This document shows, one piece after another, positions 9,780 through 17,695 of a stretch of DNA of 25,873 nt. This stretch comes from Chloroflexota bacterium. Its GTDB lineage: Bacteria > Chloroflexota > Dehalococcoidia > Lucifugimonadales > JADFKI01. Under the pieces are notes generated by a model that made no database searches, was not told the DNA's origin, and saw nothing but the letters and a program-made list of their open reading frames with translations. Location: positions 1 to 25,873 of the forward strand of contig JAGGDZ010000423.1 of assembly GCA_024648655.1 (NCBI GenBank), in the 5' to 3' direction. Position 1 is the stretch's first letter; each line of letters starts with the position of its first letter. The position numbers were made by a program, and so were the translations under genes.

Positions 9780-9801
9780 TGCCAATTCTCTGCCAATTCT
9801 C
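9780..9801 (+). repeat. Perfect 11-bp tandem repeat (TGCCAATTCTC x2)
   Basis: Copies at 9780-9790 and 9791-9801, between htrA and the redoxin. Confidence 0.9.
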
Positions 9802-9873
9802 TTGCGCTACTTCCGCAGCAACGACAAAGCCTATGGTAAGTGATGCGATCTGATAGTGTTATGGTATGCAACA

Positions 9874-10443
9874 ATGAAGACAGCAATAATACTAACTCTG
9901 CTACTCGGACTCGCTGCTGCATTAGCGGCGCAAATTGGCTGTGGAACCGCCCCAGCCGCACAAGCCGATAAGACCGCATCGGTGGCTCGGGCTGAAAAGG
10001 AGGTAGGCTACAAGAAAGGGATGCACATTCCGGAATTCGGGATGAGCTTGCTTGACGGCACAAGGGTTACTTCGGCAAAGCTCGTTGAAGAAGGCAAGCC
10101 GACTTTCATCTATTTCCACGCCACCTGGTGAGGAACCTGCCGCGTCGAGTTGCGGCGCATCAAGGAAGAGATTGGTAGCAGATACAATGACCGGGTAACC
10201 TTTTACATAGTTGGCACCGATCCATCCGAGAGCATCGACATACTCGAAGCGGATAGAAAACGCGAAGGATTACCTTGGCTCACCGCTTACGCGGATGAAG
10301 GCATGTTGGAGAAACTGCAAATCTACACTCAACCATCGAAGGTGGCGCTCAGCGGAAATGGAATAATCACCCACCGATACGGATTCGGCAAAGGAGACTT
10401 CGAGAGTTGGAGCGACCTTTTCGATGACATCGGCGCCAATTAG
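9874..10443 (+). CDS. TlpA/thioredoxin-like redoxin, probable selenoprotein (U86xxC89), exported and possibly lipid-anchored
   Basis: ORFs 9856-10131 and 10150-10443 are in the same frame, separated only by TGA 10129-10131. Read-through gives KPTFIYFHATW-U-GTCRVELRRIKEE...FYIVGTDPSE...QPSKVALSGNG, a continuous thioredoxin fold with TGA at the first Cys of CxxC. Hydrophobic N-terminus ending in QIGC. Confidence 0.88.
10151..10159 (+). promoter_or_regulatory. Candidate SECIS apical hairpin (UGC-GGC-GCA) after the redoxin UGA
   Basis: TGCGGCGCA lies at +20 to +28 from the UGA. It extends to GA(GU bulge)UGC-GGC-GCA-UC (10147-10161). A competing stem GCCGC/GCGGC (10139-10156) is also possible. 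Confidence 0.55.
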
Positions 10444-10547
10444 AGGCATTTCTCGCTTTTCGTCGTTATGGAGCGCGGATCAGTGAGTGATTATTGATGG
10501 CAGCAAGGACTTACTTTCGCTGCTTCGCTGCGACGACGATCAGGCAG

Positions 10548-12008
10548 TTACGCCCCCTCCTTGCCCTGGTACACAATGGTGTCAGGCTTGAACACCGCCC
10601 AAGCAAACCAGAAATGACTGCCATGCACAACGGGAGTAAGGCTCTTGCCGGTAAGGGGACCTTCAACCGCGTTGCCTAGAATATCCCAGGTGCTCTCTGT
10701 CTGCTCATCTACAATTTTCCCGTCATTCACACTGAAAGACAGCTTCTGATCGTCAAGATGAGAGTCGAACACCCCCGCGGCGCCGACATCACGAGACTCG
10801 GCAATTGAGCTTCCGTCTAGCGCCGATGTCGTACCGAACTTGTGGAAAACAACGATACTGCGTTCTCCTAAATCATAGTTGATCGCTCCCTCGTCCTGCA
10901 GAATCGTCAATGGGAATGCCACATCCACATCGCCCAAGGTTACGGCTATGACGCGCTCGACAGGGAGTAGTCTTCCGTCGAGATCGCCTCTGAACAGGAA
11001 CGGATTACCATCCGCTGTGTCATAGCCGGCATAAGGATTGCGGCCGTACTGCCGGGCGTATCCGGTGTCTCGCGACAACACCTTACCTTGAGGATGCGCC
11101 TCTGCAAAGTCCGCGAACGACACGATCGATGCGGGCAGATGTTCCAATGTTCTCCCGGCATACTTCCCCACAATCCCCTCTCCTGTAAACTGCTGCCACC
11201 AGGAATGCGACTGACGATCGTACATAATCAGATCGGAGTTGCGAAGATTTCCTGATACTCCAAATTCGAGCAAGTCGCCATCCAAGCGCCTGTCAAAAGC
11301 GATCGCCGAATTGCACAGCGGGCAGAACGTAACTGCGATTGGCACATCGCCGACGTCGTCGTTGACTATCTCGTGCCATGTGAGAATCTGAAGTGGATAG
11401 GCTCGGGAATCGCCATTGACTTGCAGGGCGACCACCGGCTCGACATCCTTGAGCCACACCGATGCTTCGGACGGCGCAATGAATTTCGGCTCGTCGATCG
11501 ACGGGATATTGTCGCGCGGAATCACGAACTTTATCTGGCTATAGGGCACAGTATGCAATCGAAAGTCAGTATCCCATCCGCTAGTGCTGAGTCGCGCGGC
11601 ACTCAACGCCCTCTCATAGTCTGGATCAGGCTCTATCCCGTTTTCCCCGTCACCATTTGCTTCCAGCGTAGAGGTGGCAATAGGCGTTTCGACTGCAATG
11701 GAATTGGTGTCCGTCGGCATCTTTGCCAGCACAGTGGTCGCCACTTCCGCAGGAGTCGGAATGTCTGTTGACATAGATGGTTTCCCTGCGCCTGGAACGG
11801 GTGTAGGCGATACGGACGATGCAGTAGGAGGAATGCCGGACGACTGTATTGCTGTGGACTTTGGCGCCCTGTTCTGTTCCTGCACGACATACGGTTCCTC
11901 CGACGTGCTGCCGCACGCTCCCAGTAATCCTGCAACGAGAAGTAACGCGATAATCGACAAGGTAACCAACTTTGTAGTTGTAAGTCTGTTCCGCAAATGA
12001 TTCTCCAT
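10548..12008 (-). CDS. DUF3179-domain lipoprotein with a Pro/Thr/Ser-rich linker
   Basis: Lipobox LLGAC, low-complexity linker, then DNIPSIDEPKF, AYPLQILTWHEIVND, TFCPLCNSA, FGVSGNLRNSDLIMYDRQSHSWWQQFTG, HFWFAWAVFKP. Confidence 0.88.
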   Translation of the reverse strand: MENHLRNRLTTTKLVTLSIIALLLVAGLLGACGSTSEEPYVVQEQNRAPKSTAIQSSGIPPTASSVSPTPVPGAGKPSMSTDIPTPAEVATTVLAKMPTDTNSIAVETPIATSTLEANGDGENGIEPDPDYERALSAARLSTSGWDTDFRLHTVPYSQIKFVIPRDNIPSIDEPKFIAPSEASVWLKDVEPVVALQVNGDSRAYPLQILTWHEIVNDDVGDVPIAVTFCPLCNSAIAFDRRLDGDLLEFGVSGNLRNSDLIMYDRQSHSWWQQFTGEGIVGKYAGRTLEHLPASIVSFADFAEAHPQGKVLSRDTGYARQYGRNPYAGYDTADGNPFLFRGDLDGRLLPVERVIAVTLGDVDVAFPLTILQDEGAINYDLGERSIVVFHKFGTTSALDGSSIAESRDVGAAGVFDSHLDDQKLSFSVNDGKIVDEQTESTWDILGNAVEGPLTGKSLTPVVHGSHFWFAWAVFKPDTIVYQGKEGA

Positions 12009-12185
12009 TCCTTCGTTGGATCTCTCCCGCTACAAGTTTCTGTACCGAGAGACAACAGGATGTCTTGGATATATGAACCGGCATGACGCCAAGGCAACAC
12101 CATTTTCATTTTAGATGCTCGTTTCCGGTATAGGATGCCTACGTTTAGACAAGCTGCTATCAGGGTTCCTTAAGAGCTGAATAAC

Positions 12186-12239
12186 AGGTTAGAGGCGATT
12201 CGCCGGCAAGAGAGGTGCAAGCTTCGGAGCCTCTAACCT
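12186..12239. repeat. 11-bp perfect inverted repeat with a 32-nt spacer
   Basis: AGGTTAGAGGC (12186-12196) and GCCTCTAACCT (12229-12239). Confidence 0.85.
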
Positions 12240-12516
12240 TCAAGCCGCCAGCGAAGCGCAGGCTCGAAGAGACAGGACACGAAAGATAGGTAGAACAGCC
12301 AATATGTGTGTATATGGTTGCCGCCATCAAGTTGTTAGAGTCTCGGCTTAGATATCCCTAGTCTGTCGCATTCACCCAGATTTCCGCGGATGTAGTCGAT
12401 ACGCCGGACAAGCTCATCTACTCAAGTTCAAAGAGAGCGGGTACGAACTTGCACAGCGCAAGATCGCAGGCACCGTCAAATATGACAATACTCGTACTTT
12501 CCTGGTGACTCGCGAT
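12233..12516 (-). pseudogene. zwf: Eroded glucose-6-phosphate 1-dehydrogenase (5' fragment)
   Basis: 12516-12418 reads IASHQESTSIVIFDGACDLALCKFVPALFELE*, versus the canonical IVIFGASGDLARRKLVPALF. A second frame reads DELVRRIDYIRGNLGE...*...WLFYLSFVSCLFEPAL, versus RL.Y..GD and RLFYLS.PP.LF. It lies directly downstream of gnd on the same strand. Confidence 0.75.
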
Positions 12517-13421
12517 TAAGTCTTCCTTACGCTGTGCCCACCGAATTGATTTCGCATTGCCGCCAGCAATTTTGCGCCAAAGGGAGATTCCTGCCTAGAG
12601 CGAAAGCGCGCTTGCAAGGACGCCGCTATAACCGGCGTGGGAACCGCAAGGTCGATAGACTCCTCAAGCGTCCATCGGCCTTCGCCTGAATCTTCGACAT
12701 AGGCTTGGATTCCTTCGAGTTCACCGTCCTCATCGAGGGCGGCTGCCGTCAGATCGAGTAACCATGATCGAATTACGCTGCCATATCGCCAGATATGGGC
12801 GATCTGCGCCATGTCCAAGCCCAAGTCTTGCTTGGCGTTCATCAGCTCGAATCCTTCGGCGAACGCCTGCATCATGCCGTATTCAATGCCATTATGCACC
12901 ATTTTGACAAAGTGTCCTGCGCCCGAAGGGCCCACGTGGCCGTAACCTATGCTCTCACCTGGCGCAAGAGTGCGGAATACAGGTTCAAGCCGTGAGTAGG
13001 CATCAGCATCGCCTCCAACCATAAGGCTATATCCCTCAGTCAGGCCCCAGACACCTCCGCTTGTGCCTGCGTCCAGCATTGTGATGCCATCCTCCAACAA
13101 AGTGATGGCACGACGAATGGTGTCCCTGTAGTTGGAATTGCCGCCGTCGATTATTATGTCTCCCTCCGACAGTGCATCAGAGAGCGCATTTACTGTAGTA
13201 TCCGTGATCTCCCCGGCCGGAACCATAATCCAGACCGCGCGGGGAGGCGTCAGAACAGACACAAGCTCTTCGATGGAGTTTGCACCGGTAGCGCCAGCGT
13301 TCACGGCTGCACGACGTGCTTCAACGTCCGGGTCGAATGCAACTACGGTATGCCCATCATTCAGCAGACGCTGGGTCATATTGCCGCCCATTCGACCGAG
13401 ACCAACCATTCCTAATTCCAA
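12516..13421 (-). CDS. gnd: 6-phosphogluconate dehydrogenase, decarboxylating (short form)
   Basis: GMVGLGRMG, IIIDGGNS, DAGTSGGVWG, GAGHFVKMVHNGIEYG, RNQFGGH. TTG 13421 has a GGAGG RBS; the ORF track start is 13442. Confidence 0.93.
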   Translation of the reverse strand: MELGMVGLGRMGGNMTQRLLNDGHTVVAFDPDVEARRAAVNAGATGANSIEELVSVLTPPRAVWIMVPAGEITDTTVNALSDALSEGDIIIDGGNSNYRDTIRRAITLLEDGITMLDAGTSGGVWGLTEGYSLMVGGDADAYSRLEPVFRTLAPGESIGYGHVGPSGAGHFVKMVHNGIEYGMMQAFAEGFELMNAKQDLGLDMAQIAHIWRYGSVIRSWLLDLTAAALDEDGELEGIQAYVEDSGEGRWTLEESIDLAVPTPVIAASLQARFRSRQESPFGAKLLAAMRNQFGGHSVRKT

Positions 13422-13444
13422 CACGCCACCTCCATAGTCCATCT

Positions 13445-15064
13445 CTATTCCGAATGTCGGATGATTTCGCCTGTCATCTCGTCTAGCATCCGTACAGCGT
13501 CATCTCCAAGATCGACGCGAGCAACGCGGCGGCCCAAGGCGGTTAGCTCGTCCAGATCACCTTTTGCTTGTGCCGCTGCGAGAACACGAAAAGTGAATGC
13601 CTCGCCCGGTATTCTAACATCGGCATCTCCCAACTGAGTCAACTGGAAAAACAGACCGGACTCCGTTCCTCCTTTGTGTAATTGACCGGTGGAGTGCAGG
13701 TATCGAGGGCCATAGCCAAATGTAGTCGCAATGCCGAATTCGCGATTCACTCGACTGCGCAAGCGCGCGACCGCGTCCTGAAATTCCTGAGTTGGCTGGA
13801 CGTACGCAGTGATGGCAAGGTAGTCGCCCTGCTTCGACTGTGCAATCAATTGGGGAAGAGAGCTGATAGGCGGGAGCGGCGGTACAATCTCCGTTCGATA
13901 GTAGTCGGTGAGTAGTCGTGTGGTGTTGTCCTTAGCGCGTTGAACGTCAGGCTGGTCGAAAGGATGAATACCCAATATATTGCCGGCAACAGCGGTTGCG
14001 AACTCCCACCTGAAGAACTCCGCTCCCACATCGTATTCGTCTGAGAGGCGCAATCTGATCGTTGGAATGCCTGCGCCTTCGATAAGATTGATGTAGCCGT
14101 CCAGCTCATCCGTAGTATCGCCGTCAAGCCTCACATATACTACCGTCCTGTCGCTTCCAAGGTTATCAGGGTCGCACGGCGGCTCGCCCACAATCGGGAT
14201 AATGCCCTTGCCCTCTTTGCCGGTACTCTCAGCCAATAGCTGCTCGACCCAGAGTGCAAATCCCCACAATGACTCAGTTGTAATTATCGTGAGCTTGTCA
14301 CGACCTCGCAACGCGAGTGAAGCGATTGAAGCTCCCAGCCAAGCGCCGGGATTATCTCCGGACGGCGCCGCTTTTTTGCAGGCTAGACTCATCGCCTCCA
14401 CGCGAGCGAGCAATGTATCAATCTCGACTCCGGTCAGAGCCGCAGGCACCATACCGAAGAGGGATTGGACCGAGTAACGACCTCCAATGTTCGCCAGGTT
14501 CAAAAAGACTCGTCGGAAGCCATCCTCATGCGCCAAATCTTCAAGCGCGGTTCCACGGTCGCATATCGCAACGAAGTGATTGCCCGCCTTATCAGATCCG
14601 GTAACTTGTTCGACGAGCCTCCTGAAAAACTTGTACAGCGTATTCGACTCGACGGTCGCCCCGGACTTGGACGCAACGATAAACAGCGTTTTGTAACAGT
14701 CCACTTCGCGGACGACGGAGTCAATAGCATCCGGGACAGTAGTGTCCAGCGCAATAAGTTTCGGGTATCCTTTCGAGCTGCCGAAAAGACTGTGTATCGC
14801 AAGAGCTCCGAGGCTGCTGCCCCCCATCCCAAGCAAGACAATGTGCCGGTATCCTTCGTCCCTGACCGTGGCCGCGAATGCCTTTATTTCAGCGATACCC
14901 TCGCGCATGTCGCCCGCAACCGTGAGCCAGCCGAGCCTATCGCTAATCTCCGTTGGATCCGGCTTCCAGACAGTGTGGTCCAGTTCCCAGATTCTTCTCG
15001 GAACTTCGTTGCAGTCGAGGTCGGCAAGGGCATCTTTTACGGAATTTTCATACTGGTCGAGCAA
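13445..15064 (-). CDS. pgi: Glucose-6-phosphate isomerase (stand-alone form of the Tal-Pgi-type PGI domain)
   Basis: RLGWL, LLGMGGSSLG, IVASKSG.TVE, IGGRYS, EQLLAESTGKEGKG, FDQPDVQRAK, YGPRYLHSTGQLHKGG. Confidence 0.88.
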   Translation of the reverse strand: MLDQYENSVKDALADLDCNEVPRRIWELDHTVWKPDPTEISDRLGWLTVAGDMREGIAEIKAFAATVRDEGYRHIVLLGMGGSSLGALAIHSLFGSSKGYPKLIALDTTVPDAIDSVVREVDCYKTLFIVASKSGATVESNTLYKFFRRLVEQVTGSDKAGNHFVAICDRGTALEDLAHEDGFRRVFLNLANIGGRYSVQSLFGMVPAALTGVEIDTLLARVEAMSLACKKAAPSGDNPGAWLGASIASLALRGRDKLTIITTESLWGFALWVEQLLAESTGKEGKGIIPIVGEPPCDPDNLGSDRTVVYVRLDGDTTDELDGYINLIEGAGIPTIRLRLSDEYDVGAEFFRWEFATAVAGNILGIHPFDQPDVQRAKDNTTRLLTDYYRTEIVPPLPPISSLPQLIAQSKQGDYLAITAYVQPTQEFQDAVARLRSRVNREFGIATTFGYGPRYLHSTGQLHKGGTESGLFFQLTQLGDADVRIPGEAFTFRVLAAAQAKGDLDELTALGRRVARVDLGDDAVRMLDEMTGEIIRHSE

Positions 15065-15081
15065 AGCTTTCCTCTCTCACA

Positions 15082-15103
15082 GTAATATACAGGGTAATAT
15101 ACA
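15082..15103 (-). repeat. 10-bp direct repeat with a 12-bp period immediately upstream of the pgi RBS
   Basis: GTAATATACA at 15082-15091 and 15094-15103 (TGTATATTAC on the minus strand). Confidence 0.85.
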
Positions 15104-15272
15104 AAGGCGCCTGCACCAATAGACGAATCATATTTTTCCGCGCCAGCTGCCCACTTTGCCTATACATTATGCCGATATGCATGCATGCCGATATGCGCGC
15201 GCGGATGACAGGACGCGTGGCCCAGACTATTTTTACGCCACTTACGCCAGCACGCTTGAGCGCTTTTCCCTT

Positions 15273-15301
15273 TTGCCACTTGAAGCACAAGCAAGTATAA
15301 T
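15273..15301 (+). promoter_or_regulatory. Sigma70-type promoter for the MFS gene
   Basis: TTGCCA (15273-15278), 17 nt spacer, TATAAT (15296-15301). Confidence 0.65.
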
Positions 15302-15350
15302 CTGACGCAATGTTAAGATTAAACCCTACCCCTCTCACACTGAGCGACCG

Positions 15351-16646
15351 TTGGCATTAGGCATCCCTAGCCGACAAGGAAGTGCCAAGCCCGATCGCGA
15401 GCGACCCTCCAACAGGAAGAGCCTGCGACCTTGGTCGGCGCTCGCATTCCGCGACTACCGCACACTTTGGCTGTCGGGTGTCGCCCAGATGGTTACTATG
15501 CAGATGCGGACGCTTGTAAGCGCCGTATGGCTGTACGATGCCACGGGTTCAGGATGGCAACTCGGGCTGCTCGGCGGCGTGCAACTCCTGGTGCAGCTAC
15601 CCGCAATCCTGTACGGCGGCGCGCTTGCCGACCAGATAGACCGCAAGAAACTAATGGCGTACACGCAGCTTGTCAGCGTTGTACTTATCGGCGCAATGAC
15701 TGTGCTGGCGGCGAGAGACAGCCTGCTCCCCTGGCATATCTACACCGCTACCGCCATCCTAAGCGTGTCCAGCACTCTCGGCAACCCGTCGCGCTCTGCT
15801 CTTACGGCGAATGTCGTGCCACGCTCACACCTGATGCACGCCGTCGCGCTGAACACCGCGACATTCCAGATTGGGGCGGTCGCAGCGCCGCTTGCCTTTT
15901 CCGGCGCAGTCGAGCTTTTCAATGAAAACTACGCCTATATATTCGGCATTACCACACTCATCGCGCTGCCAAGTGTGGTAATGCCACTGCTGATTAGAAC
16001 TTCGGGCGTGCCGATTAACCGTCAGCAAGATGGTTCTGTAATAAGACGCATTATCGACGGCTTCCTGTATGTCAAAGGGCACCCGATACTACCCGGATTG
16101 TACATAATGGACATTGGGGTAACCATCGTGAGCCACTACCGCCAGATACTGCCGCTCTTCGCGGACAGGCTGTTCAAGGGCGGCGCGGCTACTGTGGGCA
16201 TATTGAACGCCGCGAACTCGGCGGGCGGCATACTCGGAACTTTCTCCGTACTGTTCCTCACACGCTTCCGGCGCAAAGGCATGATGGTCGTGTTCGCCAC
16301 GTTGATTTACGCCACGTTGCTTATCGCGCTTGGCTTCACGACCGCACTGTGGCTGGGCGTCATCATACTCGCCGGGCTGGGTGCGTCGGACGCAGTGGGC
16401 ATGGCGACACGCCAAACGACCGTGCAGCTCACCACATCGGACAATATGCGCGGCCGCGCCGTCAGTTTTTCGTCGGTGTCTGCCATGACCGCAAACAACC
16501 TTGGAACATTTGAAGTGGGTCTAATGTCGGATCTAATCGGCGCCGACAAGACTCTTATTTTAGGCGGCACAATCGGCATCGTCGTCGTGCTAGTCGTCTG
16601 GGCAACCGTGCGAGGAATCAGAGACTATCGCTATCCGGAGGATTGA
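15351..16646 (+). CDS. MFS transporter (EntS/DHA3-like)
   Basis: About 12 hydrophobic segments, motif A GALADQIDRKK, RDYRTLW N-terminus, MRGRAVS. Confidence 0.9.
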   Translation: MALGIPSRQGSAKPDRERPSNRKSLRPWSALAFRDYRTLWLSGVAQMVTMQMRTLVSAVWLYDATGSGWQLGLLGGVQLLVQLPAILYGGALADQIDRKKLMAYTQLVSVVLIGAMTVLAARDSLLPWHIYTATAILSVSSTLGNPSRSALTANVVPRSHLMHAVALNTATFQIGAVAAPLAFSGAVELFNENYAYIFGITTLIALPSVVMPLLIRTSGVPINRQQDGSVIRRIIDGFLYVKGHPILPGLYIMDIGVTIVSHYRQILPLFADRLFKGGAATVGILNAANSAGGILGTFSVLFLTRFRRKGMMVVFATLIYATLLIALGFTTALWLGVIILAGLGASDAVGMATRQTTVQLTTSDNMRGRAVSFSSVSAMTANNLGTFEVGLMSDLIGADKTLILGGTIGIVVVLVVWATVRGIRDYRYPED

Positions 16647-16726
16647 CTCTCTCTTGCAACGGTGAGTCTGGTATAGTGTGAAATAGAGAAGAGTTCTGGA
16701 ATCGTGAGAACGATGAGGTGGCAGAA

Positions 16727-17572
16727 ATGACGACTCACGGATACACCAACCCCGACATTCTGGTTGAAGGAGACTGGTTAGAGGAAGTAATTGACGATTC
16801 CAATATACGCATTGTCGATTGCGACCCTTACGACGCCTATGGGCGCGCTCATATCAGAAATGCCATAGGGATCCCGGTTCACCATTACATCAAGGAGCCT
16901 GGCTACGACGACTCCCCCCGTGGCTATCCGCTAGTTGCTCCGCCCGACACGATGAAGGAAGTAATGGAGCGTATGGGCATCGGCGACGACAATCTCGTAG
17001 TTGCCTATGACAGCAACGGCGCTCTCTGGTCAACACGACTGTGGTGGGTGCTCAACTATTACGGACACACGAATGTGAAAGTGCTCAACGGCGGCTGGAA
17101 GAAGTGGTATGACGAGGGCCGGCCAACGTCAATAGACATTCCGACCCCCGAAGACGTCACATTTACACCTAAAGCGGACTCCAGCCTTGTATGCACATTA
17201 GGCTATGGAGTGTCCAATGTCGGCAATGAAGATGTGGTCTTCCTTGACGTACGCTCTGACGGCGAGTGGGACGGCAGCAACTCACGGGGCAATACCCGAT
17301 CCGGGCGCATACCGGGCGCGGTTCATCTGGAATGGCTAAACTTCATAACCGACGACAAACATCAGACCATCAAGTCCGCCGATGAACTCCGGGCGATGCT
17401 CGAAGAAGTTGGGGCAACTCCTGACAAGGAAATCGTAACTTATTGACAGGGTGGTATCCGTGCGGCGCACGGAGTTTTCGTACTGAAGCTGCTCGGCTAT
17501 GAGCGCGCGCGAAACTATGATGGGTCAATGGGAGAGTGGGCAAACCGCGAAGATACACCTCTCATTGCATAA
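16727..17572 (+). CDS. Tandem-domain rhodanese/sulfurtransferase (SseA/CysA-like), probable selenoprotein (U240)
   Basis: The ORF track stops at TGA 17444-17446. The frame continues as IVTY-U-QGGIRAAHGVFVLKLLGYERARNYDGSMGEWANREDTPLIA* to TAA 17570-17572, supplying the active-site loop and the C-terminal YDGS.xEW signature. ATG 16727 has a GAGGT RBS. Confidence 0.92.
17457..17473 (+). promoter_or_regulatory. Candidate SECIS hairpin after the sulfurtransferase UGA
   Basis: Perfect 7-bp stem UCCGUGC/GCACGGA with a GGC loop, starting at +11 from the UGA. It contains TGCGGCGCA (17461-17469). Confidence 0.7.
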
Positions 17573-17615
17573 GTTCATACAAAGATTAAATCTGCAAAAT
17601 CTCCCAATAGAATCA

Positions 17616-17648
17616 ACAGCGTTTCCCTTGCCGAGAGGGAAACGCTGT
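17616..17648 (+). terminator. Strong stem-loop between the sulfurtransferase and metH
   Basis: 13-bp perfect stem ACAGCGTTTCCCT/AGGGAAACGCTGT with a 7-nt loop. There is no clear U-tract on the + strand, so the terminator role is uncertain. Confidence 0.5.
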
Positions 17649-17695
17649 CTGCTCAATTAGCGCAAACCTTGCTTAGCAAATTCCCGGACTTTCCG

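Noticed and set aside
10150-10443. Separate 97-aa ORF in the track
   Set aside because: It is the C-terminal half of the UGA-containing redoxin.
12257-12280. SRP-RNA-like CAGG-CTC-GAA-GAG-ACAG
   Set aside because: It lacks the GNRA tetraloop and AGCAG geometry, has no long closing stem, and overlaps the zwf remnant.
12155-12292. SAM-I riboswitch-like words on the + strand (CTATC...CCGGCAA..AGGTGC...GAAAGATAG)
   Set aside because: The P2/pseudoknot core does not fit, no + strand gene follows, and the 3' part is explained by the antisense zwf remnant.
12352-12518. Protein-looking + strand frame (KFKESGYELAQRKIAG...)
   Set aside because: It has no start codon and is the antisense shadow of the zwf fragment.
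13682-15300. Long + strand ORFs opposite pgi (e.g. 14465-15085, 206 aa)
   Set aside because: Shadow frames of a well-supported gene, with no RBS or motifs.
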